Source: Gemmatimonadota bacterium
Lineage (GTDB): Bacteria > Gemmatimonadota > Gemmatimonadetes > Gemmatimonadales > GWC2-71-9
DNA: 32,010 nt
Assembly (NCBI GenBank): GCA_036679605.1
Contig: JAZDCZ010000330.1
Coordinates: forward strand, 1-32,010
Reading direction: 5' to 3'
A program made the position numbers and the translations under genes. Under the pieces are notes generated by a model. It was not told the origin of the DNA. It searched no databases and was given only the letters and a program-made list of their open reading frames with translations. The first letter of the stretch is position 1, and every line of letters begins with the position of its first letter. Below are positions 17,187 to 27,600 of this stretch, piece after piece.

Positions 17187-19840
17187 GACGGTTCTATCGT
17201 CCGGCGTCTGCGGCCTTCGGAGGAGCGGCTCTCCTGACATGCGTGTCGATCACTCCGGTCGTCGCGCTACAGGAGTCGGAAGCAGCCGATGCTTTCAGGA
17301 CTGGCCGCTATGACGACGCGATATCGCTGTTCACCGCTGCTACACGGAGCCAAACAGCTTCTGTGAAGGCAGCGCGAGGCTTGGTGACCGCACTCAGGTC
17401 GGTCGGTCGGTACAAGGATGCGGTAAACGCTGCACGACGGTTCGAACGGGACAACGAAGAGTCTGTCGAACTCGCCAACTCTCTTGGCGAGACCCTTTAC
17501 GTACTCGGAAGAACGGAGGATGCAGAGCGGGAGTTCTCACGGGCTTCCCAAGGGGCCTCGGACAGTCTTACAGCCGGCTATAATCTCGCGGTGCTGCACT
17601 ATGGTCGAGGCGATGTAGACCTAGCGATGCGGGAGTTCGATCGATTCATAGATCTTTACAACTCCGGTCGCGATCTATCCGCGGCCCAGCTTGCCACAGT
17701 CGCTGGAGCCGTGGATTACTTGAGCGTCACCAACCCCCAGCTTGCCAAGGACGCGCTGCGAGCATACGACGAAGCGATTGCCGCCGATCCAGGGGACCTA
17801 GACATCAGAGTATCACAGGGAGAATTGTTTCTCAAGAGATACAACGGTTCGGAGGCGAGGGCCACGTTTGAGGACGTGCTGCAGGCCAATCCACAACATG
17901 CAGGTGCGCTTCTGGGACTCGCTGCCACATCGCGGTTCGAGGGGTCATCGGGTGTGCGTGAGCTGGGGGAACGAAGCCTCGAGGTCAATCCGAACTATGC
18001 GAGTGCACGTGTTTTTTCGGCCAAACTCTTCTTGGAGCTTGAGGACTATAGGCGTGCTTCGGACGAGGTCGAACGCGTGCTGAAAGTGAATAGTGTCTCT
18101 CTCGAGGCACGAACGGTAGAAGCGGCAATCCTGTATCTGACGGGTGACGAGGCCGGGTTCGAAGACGCGGTCAAGCGAGTGCTGAGCATCAATCCACGTT
18201 ACGCGGCACTGTACACGACACTTGCCGAGGTTAGCGCGAGGAACAGGTTGTACAGTCAAGCAATTGAGTTTGCTCGGCTTGCCGTTGCTTTAGACTCGAT
18301 GTCGTGGCATGGATTTGGTCTGCTTGGCATGAATCAGTTGAGGAACGGGACCATCGCAAGTGGTAAGCAGAACCTCGAGCGTGCGTTCTCGGGCGACCCG
18401 TATGACGTGTGGACCAAGAATACCCTGGACCTGCTGGACACGTTGGAGCAATACAGTGTTACGAAGACGGCGCGCTTCAGACTGGTCATCGATGCAAAGG
18501 AATCCGAAATACTGTCGCTTTATTTCGGCGATCTGGCAGAAGAGGCGTACGACAGGATGGCAGCAAAGTACGGTTACCATCCGACGACTCCGATTCGTAT
18601 CGAGGTGTTCGCCAACCATGCCGACTTTTCGGTTCGAACGGTTGGATTGGTCGGGTTGGGTGCACTCGGAGTCAGTTTCGGACCTGTAATTGCAATGGAC
18701 TCTCCATCATCCCGATCCGTTGGGGATTTCAATTGGGGCTCGACGCTGTGGCACGAACTAGCTCACACCTTTCACCTCGGCATGACGAAGCACCGGGTTC
18801 CTCGTTGGTTCACCGAGGGGCTAGCCGTGTTCGAGGAGCGGCAGGCGCGGGCCGGCTGGGGTGACGACGTCACTCCGGGGTTCTTGGTGGCCTTCCAAGG
18901 TGGCATGCTTGTGCCCGTGAGCGAGCTGAACAACGGTTTCATGCGGCCGGAGTATCCCGAACAGGTGGGGTATTCCTACTACGAGGCATCGTTGGTGTGT
19001 GAGCTAATCGCAAGAGACCATGGTTTCCAGGCAATTGTTGGCATCTTGAGAGCCTATGGTGAGGGAAAGAGCACTGCCGAAGCGTTTAACTCAGTCTTGA
19101 ACACAGACCTGGCGAGTTTCGACGAGTACTTCGACCAGTATGTGAGGGATCGCTTTGCCGGCCCGCTGGCCGCACTCAAAATGGCAGCGCCGGGAGATAG
19201 TAGTTCGCCAGTGACCCGAGACGACGTGATGCGGCGGGCGCGACAGAATCCGGGAGATTTTCTCGCACAGCTGGGCATGGGCAGAATGCTACTCGAGCAA
19301 GGACGGTTTAACGAGGCCGCTCCGTTCCTGGAACAGGCCAAGCGGTTGTTTCCCGAGTACGGCGGGTCTGACAGTCCGCACTGGTATTTGTCACAACTGA
19401 ATGTGAGAGCGGGTGACTCGACGGCCGCCGAACAAAATTTGGCCGACCTGACCATGATCAACGAGCAGCACTACCAGGCGCGCGTGGAACTAGCCAACCT
19501 GCGGGAGGCGTTGCATGATCATGCAGGCGCTGCCAAAACGCTAGGTGAAGTGAGATACATATATCCCTTGGAAGTCCCCGATCACATTCGCCTGGTGGAA
19601 CTGTACGCGCGTGTGGGTGAATGGAGAGATGCGATCCTGGAGCGGCGCGCGATTGTGGCGTTGAACCCCGTCGATCGTGCGGAGGCGCTATTCCAGCTTG
19701 CGAAGACCTACTTCGAGGCGGGTGACATTGCCAATGCGCACAGCAGCGTCATCGATGCTCTCGAAGGGGCTCCGAATTTTGAGGAGGCCCAGGACCTGTT
19801 ATTGGCGATACATGTTAAGCGCAGCGGAGGAGACCGCTAG
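17183..19840 (+). CDS. TPR-repeat protein with central MA-clan (gluzincin) metallopeptidase domain
   Basis: Signal peptide, multiple TPR-like repeats, HELAH followed by RWFTEGLA. The TTG start overlaps the upstream stop. Confidence 0.85.
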   Translation: MRRFYRPASAAFGGAALLTCVSITPVVALQESEAADAFRTGRYDDAISLFTAATRSQTASVKAARGLVTALRSVGRYKDAVNAARRFERDNEESVELANSLGETLYVLGRTEDAEREFSRASQGASDSLTAGYNLAVLHYGRGDVDLAMREFDRFIDLYNSGRDLSAAQLATVAGAVDYLSVTNPQLAKDALRAYDEAIAADPGDLDIRVSQGELFLKRYNGSEARATFEDVLQANPQHAGALLGLAATSRFEGSSGVRELGERSLEVNPNYASARVFSAKLFLELEDYRRASDEVERVLKVNSVSLEARTVEAAILYLTGDEAGFEDAVKRVLSINPRYAALYTTLAEVSARNRLYSQAIEFARLAVALDSMSWHGFGLLGMNQLRNGTIASGKQNLERAFSGDPYDVWTKNTLDLLDTLEQYSVTKTARFRLVIDAKESEILSLYFGDLAEEAYDRMAAKYGYHPTTPIRIEVFANHADFSVRTVGLVGLGALGVSFGPVIAMDSPSSRSVGDFNWGSTLWHELAHTFHLGMTKHRVPRWFTEGLAVFEERQARAGWGDDVTPGFLVAFQGGMLVPVSELNNGFMRPEYPEQVGYSYYEASLVCELIARDHGFQAIVGILRAYGEGKSTAEAFNSVLNTDLASFDEYFDQYVRDRFAGPLAALKMAAPGDSSSPVTRDDVMRRARQNPGDFLAQLGMGRMLLEQGRFNEAAPFLEQAKRLFPEYGGSDSPHWYLSQLNVRAGDSTAAEQNLADLTMINEQHYQARVELANLREALHDHAGAAKTLGEVRYIYPLEVPDHIRLVELYARVGEWRDAILERRAIVALNPVDRAEALFQLAKTYFEAGDIANAHSSVIDALEGAPNFEEAQDLLLAIHVKRSGGDR

Positions 19841-19842
19841 AC

Positions 19843-20604
19843 ATGGTGTCGGGTAAGAAAACCATGCTGCTAGGTTTGCTACTGATTGCGACGACCGCGT
19901 CCAGCGCCGAAGCGCAACGCTGGGATGGCGGGTCTGACTTTACGGAGTATAACGTGCCCTACGATGGCCGGTTCACGTTTGTTCGAATCAGTTTTAGCGC
20001 GCTATCGCAATGGGGTAGGCGGCGACGTGACCTCAAGTGGGATCACGACTGGCCCATTGCCGAAAGCAACCTAATGAAGCTGCTCAATGAATTGACGTAT
20101 GTTCGACCGTTTATGGAGGGTAGCAACATTCTAGCGGCCGACGATCCCAATCTGTTCAACTATCCCGTGGGGTACGTTTCGGAACCCGGTTTTTGGACCG
20201 TCTCAGAGGACGAGATTAGAGGTCTGAGGAACTATCTGTTAAAGGGAGGGTTCCTGATCTTTGACGATTTTGGCGGCGGATACGAGTGGGCGAATTTCCT
20301 TGATAAGATGAATAGAGTATTGCCCGACGCCATCCCCGTCCGGCTCGATCTATCGCATGCGATCTTTCACTCGTTCTTCGATATCGAATCTCTGGATTAC
20401 CTCCCATCGTATCGGGGACTACCGGAGTATTGGGGTATTTTTGAGGACAATGATCCGGAAAAGCGTCTAATGGCGATCATTAACTATAACAACGACGTGG
20501 GAGAATACTGGGAGTACTCGGACACGGGTTACACGCTTGTTGATCTAACCAACGAGGCGTATAAACTCGGTATCAACTATGTCGTCTACGCCATGACTCA
20601 CTAA
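19843..20604 (+). CDS. DUF4159 domain protein (second paralogue)
   Basis: WDHDWPIAE, YPVGYVSEPG, LRNYLLKGGFLIFDDF, NNDVGEYWE, GINYVVYAMTH. Clearly homologous to 13066-13893. Confidence 0.85.
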   Translation: MVSGKKTMLLGLLLIATTASSAEAQRWDGGSDFTEYNVPYDGRFTFVRISFSALSQWGRRRRDLKWDHDWPIAESNLMKLLNELTYVRPFMEGSNILAADDPNLFNYPVGYVSEPGFWTVSEDEIRGLRNYLLKGGFLIFDDFGGGYEWANFLDKMNRVLPDAIPVRLDLSHAIFHSFFDIESLDYLPSYRGLPEYWGIFEDNDPEKRLMAIINYNNDVGEYWEYSDTGYTLVDLTNEAYKLGINYVVYAMTH

Positions 20605-20615
20605 CTAGGAGAGAT

Positions 20616-21644
20616 ATGTCGACCCAACCTACGGAACTCGATGCGGCAGACGACATCGAACTAGCCGATCGTTTGAGGAGTGGTAAGGACAGGATCCTTT
20701 CAGAGCTTCGGAAGCTCATAGTCGGCCAGGACGACGTCATTGATCAAGTGCTGCTGTCTCTCTTTGTAGGGGGCAATAGTCTCATAATCGGCGTGCCCGG
20801 ATTGGCGAAGACCCTACTGATACACACATTCGCACAGGTACTGGATCTAGACTTTTCCCGAATCCAGTTTACGCCCGACCTCATGCCGTCCGACATTACG
20901 GGCACAGATCTCGTTCAGGAGGATCCCGATACGCACCAACGCAAGATGGTCTTCATGCGGGGGCCGATCTTCAGCAACATAGTTCTCGCCGATGAGATCA
21001 ACCGGACGCCGCCCAAGACACAGGCCGCCTTGCTGGAGGCGATGCAAGAGCACCAGGTAACCGTCCAGGGCAGGACCTACACGCTGGACGAACCGTTCTT
21101 CGTATTCGCTACCCAGAACCCGATTGAACTGGAAGGTACGTATCCGCTTCCCGAGGCACAGCTAGACCGCTTTATGTTCAATATTATCATGGAGCACCTG
21201 CCGGAGGACGAGGAACTCGAGGTTGTGCGGAAGACCACTGCCATACAGAGTCATGACCTAGAGCATGCCGTGACTGGAAGTGACATTGTCGCCTTTCAAG
21301 AGTTAGTTCGAAAAGTTCCGGTGTCCGATCCCGTTCTGCGCTATGCGTTGGATCTTGCTCGTACGACTCGGCCCAGTGAGAACGGTTGTCCTGATTTCAT
21401 AAAGCGATGGGTTTCATACGGTGCCAGCGTTCGGGCAGCACAGTATTTGATATTGGGTGCCAAGGCCCGTGCTCTGATGAACGGTAGCTACCACGTAAAC
21501 CTCGAAGATATCCGAGCTTTGGCGCATCCGGTTTTGCGACACCGCATCCTGACGAACTTTCATGCTGAGTCCGAGCAAGTGACCACCGATTCGCTGATCG
21601 ACAAACTCTTGGACGTAGTGCCTATTCCGCAGTCCGGAATGTGA
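20616..21644 (+). CDS. moxR: MoxR-family AAA+ ATPase
   Basis: Walker A GVPGLAKT, RIQFTPDLMPSDITG, Walker B VLADEINRTPPKTQAALLEAMQE, ATQNPIELEGTYPLPEAQLDRF. Confidence 0.96.
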   Translation: MSTQPTELDAADDIELADRLRSGKDRILSELRKLIVGQDDVIDQVLLSLFVGGNSLIIGVPGLAKTLLIHTFAQVLDLDFSRIQFTPDLMPSDITGTDLVQEDPDTHQRKMVFMRGPIFSNIVLADEINRTPPKTQAALLEAMQEHQVTVQGRTYTLDEPFFVFATQNPIELEGTYPLPEAQLDRFMFNIIMEHLPEDEELEVVRKTTAIQSHDLEHAVTGSDIVAFQELVRKVPVSDPVLRYALDLARTTRPSENGCPDFIKRWVSYGASVRAAQYLILGAKARALMNGSYHVNLEDIRALAHPVLRHRILTNFHAESEQVTTDSLIDKLLDVVPIPQSGM

Positions 21645-22534
21645 GACCCTCTAGCTTCCTCGATCCCAAGGTGTTGGCCAGGATAGACAATCTCGAACTC
21701 CTGGCGCGGACGGTAGTGGACGGTTTTATCAACGGTCTGCACCATTCGCCCTATCTTGGCCTATCCGTCGATTTTGCCGAGCACCGCCCGTATATGCCGG
21801 GCGATGACATACGAAGAATCGATTGGAAGGTGTTCGGTCGAACGGATCGATTCTATGTCAAGGAATTCGAGGCCGACACCAACGCGAATTTCAGTATCCT
21901 GTTGGATATTTCGCGATCGATGGACTATGGAAGCACCGGTATCACAAAGCTCGATTATGGCCGCTACTTGGCTGCGTGCCTGGCGTACTTCTCTCGACAA
22001 CAGAGAGACCGAGTCGGAATAATCACGTTCGATGATGACATCGTAGACTTCGTACCTGTATCGGCCAAGCATCTCGACATCGTACTGCACACAATAGACT
22101 CCCTTGCTTCGACCAAAGCCGGGAATCTGTCCGGACCCTTGCTAAAAGTTGCCGAAATCATTACGCGGCGGAGCATACTGGTGCTCATTTCCGATCTCTA
22201 CGAAGATCCTGGAGAGGTGCTTGACTCGCTGAGCAGGCTGAGGTTCAAGGGAAATGATATAATAGTGTTTCACCTGCTCGATCCGGCCGAGGTGGAGTTT
22301 CCTTTTGATGAGGCGGCGTACTTCGAAGATCTTGAGACCGCGCAACGAATACCTATAGTGCCCGAGACTCTTCGGGAAGAGTATCGATCAATGATGTCCG
22401 ACCACATGAGCAAGATGTCTAAGCGTCTCGTCGATGGCCAGATTGACTATCTCCAAGTAAACACTTCAACACCGCTCGACTACGCACTGTTTGAGTACCT
22501 GTCGCGTAGGGAGCGCATGAGCCGGGTGCGCTAG
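21641..22534 (+). CDS. DUF58 domain / vWA protein
   Basis: GLHHSPYLGLSVDFAEHRPYMPGDDIRRIDWK, YVKEFE, DISRSM, ISD. Confidence 0.93.
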   Translation: MRPSSFLDPKVLARIDNLELLARTVVDGFINGLHHSPYLGLSVDFAEHRPYMPGDDIRRIDWKVFGRTDRFYVKEFEADTNANFSILLDISRSMDYGSTGITKLDYGRYLAACLAYFSRQQRDRVGIITFDDDIVDFVPVSAKHLDIVLHTIDSLASTKAGNLSGPLLKVAEIITRRSILVLISDLYEDPGEVLDSLSRLRFKGNDIIVFHLLDPAEVEFPFDEAAYFEDLETAQRIPIVPETLREEYRSMMSDHMSKMSKRLVDGQIDYLQVNTSTPLDYALFEYLSRRERMSRVR

Positions 22535-24618
22535 TGTCGTTCATCGCCCCGTTGTTCTTGGCAGGGTTCGCCGCCTTGGCGATTCCGATCCTGATTCATC
22601 TTTCACATCGGACCAAGAAGGAAGCGATCCCGTTTCCGTCGCTGATGTTCTTGAGCAAGGTTCCGTTTCGAACCGTTCGCCGCCAGCGGATTCGTCATTG
22701 GCTTCTCTTTCTGTTGCGGAGCGCGACGATAATCTTACTAGTTACAGCCTTTGCTCGACCGCTATTTGAGAATCTCTCACTAGGCGCGGCTGGAGCCGGC
22801 AGTGCGAGAGAAATAGTGGTCATGATGGATCGGTCGTTCAGCATGAGTTACGGAGACCGATGGCAGAGGGCCGTTGCCGCCGCACACGAGGTAATTGACG
22901 GGATCGGCCCGGAAGATCGAGCGAGCATCATTTTTTTTTCGAATCGGGTGGAGGTGGCTAGCCAACCAACCAGCGACCGGGGTGTGCTGCATGGTATGAT
23001 CGACAACGCGGAGGTCGGGCCCGGTCATACGCAATATGCCCCCGTATTGCAGGCCGCCGCTCGAATTCTGGATGCCTCGACTATGCCCAATCGCGAGGCA
23101 GTGCTCATCACCGATTTCCAGAGGACCGGCTGGGACGACCGCGAAGACGTGCAGCTTCCTCAGGGAGTTACGCTCACGAGACTGGATATCGGATTCGATC
23201 AGGCGTCGAATGTGGCGCTAACCGGTCTGACGGTCGACCGGATAGTCAGATCCGGGCGGGAACGAGCCGCTCTGTCGGCGAGGATTGTCAATCTCGGCCC
23301 CGAGGCCGCTGACGGGCTCGGCGTGACACTGGAGATCGATGGCCAACAGATGGCCGCGCAGTCGGTTGATCTTGCGAGTAATGGATCTGCGACGGTCCGT
23401 TTTCCACCGTTTGCGCTGCCTCGTCGTCGTGTGCAGGGTGTGCTGCGGACCACCGGTGACGCGTTACCGCTGGACGATGTATTCCGCTTCGTGCTCTCGC
23501 CAGGCCAGGTACTGTCCGTGCTTATCCTGGAGCACGCTGACGCACGGGGAGACGAGAGCTTGTATTTGGCGCGCGCCCTAGCTGTCGGAACCGAGCCCGC
23601 GTATCGAGTCACGGTGAAAAAGGTCACGCAATTCAGATCATCGGATCTAGCTGGCCGATCGGCTGTAATCCTCAATGACGCATCGTTCCCTCGAGGGTCG
23701 AGGGGGACGAGCTTGAGGGATTTCGTATCTGGCGGTGGGGGCATGCTGATCGTGTTGGGTCAGAGAAACACGGGCCGGTGGCCGACCGAGTCTGCGGAAC
23801 TCCTTCCGGGAGCGCTACGCGGTCCGGTTGATAGATTGAGTGATCGCGGTGGTACGCTGAACCTGACCGACTACGACCATCCAATCCTCGAGATCTTTAG
23901 TGCCCCTAGGAACGGCGACTTTTCGCAGGCCCGTTTCTTCCGTTATCGCAAACTGGAGGAGAATCAGACTGCCAGAGTGTTGGCACGGTTTGATGATGGA
24001 TCGGTGGCGCTGGCTGAAGTAGAGAGCGGTGAGGGCGTCGCGGTAACCTGGGCCACTGGTCTGGCAGATTCCTGGAACGATTTTCCGTTGCAGCCGGTCT
24101 TTCTACCGTTCGTACATCAACTGATCAAACATCTCGCTCATTATTCTCCCGAGCGGCAGTGGTACAACGTTGGGCAAGTGTTTGATGTAGCTCAATCCTT
24201 TGGTGATACCGTCAATGAGGTGCTGGTGGAGTCTCCCTCAGGTGAACGTCGTGCAGAGAGTCTACGAGGGGAACCTCTGTACGTGCATCTGGAGGAACCG
24301 GGATTCTATCGAGTCAGGCCGTTGGAGAGTGCTGCAGGGCCAAACGTTGTGGTTGCAGTCAACCCAAGCGTCGCAGAGTCCGATCTGACAAGGTTGGATC
24401 CCGAAGTGCTGGCTGGAGCGGTAACTCATAGAAGCCGTGGAGTCGAAGAGGAGCCGCGACTGGCCGCGACGCTGACGCCCGCGGAAAGGGAACGGAAACA
24501 GGGTGTTTGGTGGTATCTTTTAATGGCGGCTCTGCTCATCTTGGTGGTCGAGACGGCCGTCTCAAACCGAATCTCCAAGGGTCCCCCCTCAGGGAGCCGG
24601 AATAGGAGAGGTCCATGA
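22534..24618 (+). CDS. BatA N-terminal + vWA domain membrane protein
   Basis: MSFIAPLFLAG...PILIHL...FPSLMFL...LLFLLR...AFARP (BatA N-terminal double TM), DRSFSM MIDAS, ITDFQ, ESDL, and a C-terminal TM (WWYLL). Confidence 0.9.
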   Translation: MSFIAPLFLAGFAALAIPILIHLSHRTKKEAIPFPSLMFLSKVPFRTVRRQRIRHWLLFLLRSATIILLVTAFARPLFENLSLGAAGAGSAREIVVMMDRSFSMSYGDRWQRAVAAAHEVIDGIGPEDRASIIFFSNRVEVASQPTSDRGVLHGMIDNAEVGPGHTQYAPVLQAAARILDASTMPNREAVLITDFQRTGWDDREDVQLPQGVTLTRLDIGFDQASNVALTGLTVDRIVRSGRERAALSARIVNLGPEAADGLGVTLEIDGQQMAAQSVDLASNGSATVRFPPFALPRRRVQGVLRTTGDALPLDDVFRFVLSPGQVLSVLILEHADARGDESLYLARALAVGTEPAYRVTVKKVTQFRSSDLAGRSAVILNDASFPRGSRGTSLRDFVSGGGGMLIVLGQRNTGRWPTESAELLPGALRGPVDRLSDRGGTLNLTDYDHPILEIFSAPRNGDFSQARFFRYRKLEENQTARVLARFDDGSVALAEVESGEGVAVTWATGLADSWNDFPLQPVFLPFVHQLIKHLAHYSPERQWYNVGQVFDVAQSFGDTVNEVLVESPSGERRAESLRGEPLYVHLEEPGFYRVRPLESAAGPNVVVAVNPSVAESDLTRLDPEVLAGAVTHRSRGVEEEPRLAATLTPAERERKQGVWWYLLMAALLILVVETAVSNRISKGPPSGSRNRRGP

Positions 24619-27600
24619 GGATGCTGTTCGAGGCTTCGAGCCATCAAGATCTAATGCGGATCATCCGCTTGGTCAGGCTTCGGTGGCGGCTTAGGATAGC
24701 TCTGCGAGGACTTGCCCTCCTGGTTGCACTCGGCCTACTCGCGTTTCTGATCTCGGCCTACGGTATGGATCGGTTCCGATTTACGCCGGCTGCCGTCACG
24801 GTTTTCCGAATCGTAACGTACGCCACGTTAGCCGCGGTCGCTGTGCGGTTCCTTCTCATGCCGCTGCTGCGTCGTGTATCCGACCAGCAGGTCGCTCTTT
24901 ATTTGGAAGAGCACGAGCCCACACTGAATGGGCAGGTGCTGAGTGGCGTAGAGTTTGGTGCCAACGAAAATCAGTCGGAACAATTGGGTCATTCGAAGCA
25001 AATGGTCCAACGTCTCATTCGGAACGCCATAGAGTCATGCTTTGTTGTAGAGGAGGGGCGTCGCGTCGAGCGAAAGGGCTTGGTTCGTTCTTCGGGGCTC
25101 TTGGCCGGGGCCACTGCCGTAGGCATGATGTTCGTTCTACTCAACCCCGGGTTTATCAGAAACAGTGTTCCGTTTCTCTTGTCGCCACTTGGTGGAACGA
25201 ACGCGAATCCCTATCGCGTAGAGGTTTCACCGGGAGATACAGCACTGGCGCGTGGAGCCGACCTCAGAATTACGGCACAACTAAGCAACTTTACTTCGGA
25301 TGAAGTGGACATCGCGGTGAAACGCGGCGACGATGGCCAGTGGGAACGGCTGCCGATGACCGTGGATGAGGAAACAGGTCGGCACCTGCTGTTGCTATTC
25401 GATCTCGACGTTCAGACAGAGTATTTCGTCGAGGCCAGCGGAGTCCGCTCACCACTGTATCGCATCACTGTATCGGATCTCCCGTACGTAGATCGCATAG
25501 ACCTCGAGTACCACTTCCCCGCATACACGGGCCTTAGCCCCCAGCGTCAGGAGAATTCCGGCGACATCGCGGTCTTGGCTGGGACACGAGTGATCTTGCA
25601 GGTGACTCCCACTATGTCGGTCGCGAGCGGCGTGCTCGTCTTCGAGGAGACCGACACGCTTGCCCTCGAACTGGAGGAGACCGGGTCTCTTTCGGGATCT
25701 TTCAGAGTGAGACGAGAAGGGCTGTACAAGATTTTGCTAGAGGATGCGAGAGGCAATCTCATCGTAGCGTCCCCCGATTACACGGTGGATCTCCTCAATG
25801 ATATGCCCCCGTCGATTTCGTTCGCCAAACCAGGGCGGGACATAAAGGTCACCTCGATCGAAGAGGTTTTTTCCGAGGTCAAAGCTGAGGACGATTACGG
25901 GCTTGCCAAGCTGGAACTCATATTCTCGATCAATGGGCAGGCAGAGGACACCGTCGAGCTTTTCTCAGGCGGGGGCGCCCGCAAGCAGGTCTCCGCTGGT
26001 CACACGTTTTACTTGGAAGAGACAGAGTTGGAACCAGGCGACTTTGTTTCGTATTACGCGCGTGCCAGCGAATCCGCCCACAGGGGTGGCGCCAAGGTCT
26101 CTACGACCGACATCTATTTCATGGAGGTCCGACCCTTCGATTGGGAGTACCGCCAGGCGGACGCTCAGGGTGGACAAGGCGGAGGCGGTGGCATGGGTAG
26201 TGGCCTGTCTGAGCGACAGCGCGACATCATTGCCGCCACGTTCAAGATGGTGCGCGATCGAGAGCAGTATTCCGAAACAGATTATCGAGAGAACCTATCT
26301 ACGCTGGCGCTAGCCCAAGGCAGGCTGCGCGAAGAGGTTCAGACCCTGGTGCGAAGGATAGGGACTCGGGGCATCGTAGAACTCGACTCCAGCTTCCAGA
26401 CGGTCGCGGAGGCTCTGCCCCGGGCAGTGGACGAAATGCAGGGCGCCGAAGAGCGTTTGGGGGAGCGAAAGCCCAACGAAGCGCTTTCTCCTGAGCAACG
26501 TGCGCTGAAGTTCTTGCAACGTGCTGAGGCGGCATACCGAGAGAGCCAGGTTTCCCGTGGTGGCGGCGGCGGTGGTGGCGGAGGTTCGCAGGCGAACGCC
26601 GAGGAGCTGGCCGATCTGTTCGATCTGGAGATGGACAAGATGCGTAACCAGTACGAACAGGTTGAGCGTGGTCAGCGACAGCAAGTAGACAATGAGATCG
26701 ACGAGGCGCTCCAAAAACTGAAGGAGCTGGCAAGACGGCAGCAGCAGGAGAACGAGAGGGCTCGCGCTCGACAACAGCAGCAAGCGGAGCAGTCAGGCGG
26801 TGGTGGTGGAGGAGGAGATGCGATGCGGCGCTCGGCAGACGAATCTGACGAGCTGGCCCGCAAGCTCGAGCGACTGGCCCGCGAAGAATCGCGTCCAGAG
26901 TTGGAAGAAGTAGCGCGCACGCTGCGGGAAGCCGCAGATGCGATGCGTAAGGCCGCGGCGAGCATGCGCAACGGCAATGTCGGGCAGGGCACGAGGGCGC
27001 TCGACCGGCTGCGCGAAGCGCGGCGGCTGTTGGACAAGAATCGTTCTGCCGGCCTTCAGAGAGATGCGGAGGACGCGCTGCGGCGTACGGAGCGGCTGGC
27101 CCAGCAGCAGCGAGAGATCATAGATGATGTCAAGGGCTTGGACAACGGATCTGGGCGGGCCGACCAACTCAGCCGACTCATCGAGCGCAAGACTGAGATG
27201 GCAGAAGAGGTGGCCGATATAGAGATGCAGCTTGACAGGGTCGGCCGAGAATCACAACGCGAGCAGAAAGATGCAGCGCGCGAACTCAGGGGCGCTGCCA
27301 AGTCGATCCGCGACAACAAGCTCAAAGAGAAGATCCAATACTCGCGGGGAGTCATCCAGGGGCGATCCAGCGAGTACGCTGAGGCCTTCGAGGAACAGAT
27401 CGGGTCGGACATCGAAGAGCTGCGTCGGCGGATCGAAGATGGGGTCAACTCTATCGGCGAATCCGACGAATCAAAGATTGGCCGCGCTCTCGATCGCACA
27501 CGCGATCTTGTGAACTCACTCGAGTCGCTGGACGACAGGCTTCGTGAGCGTACAGGTCAACAGGGTCAACAAGGCCAACAAGGCCAACAAGATCAGCAGG

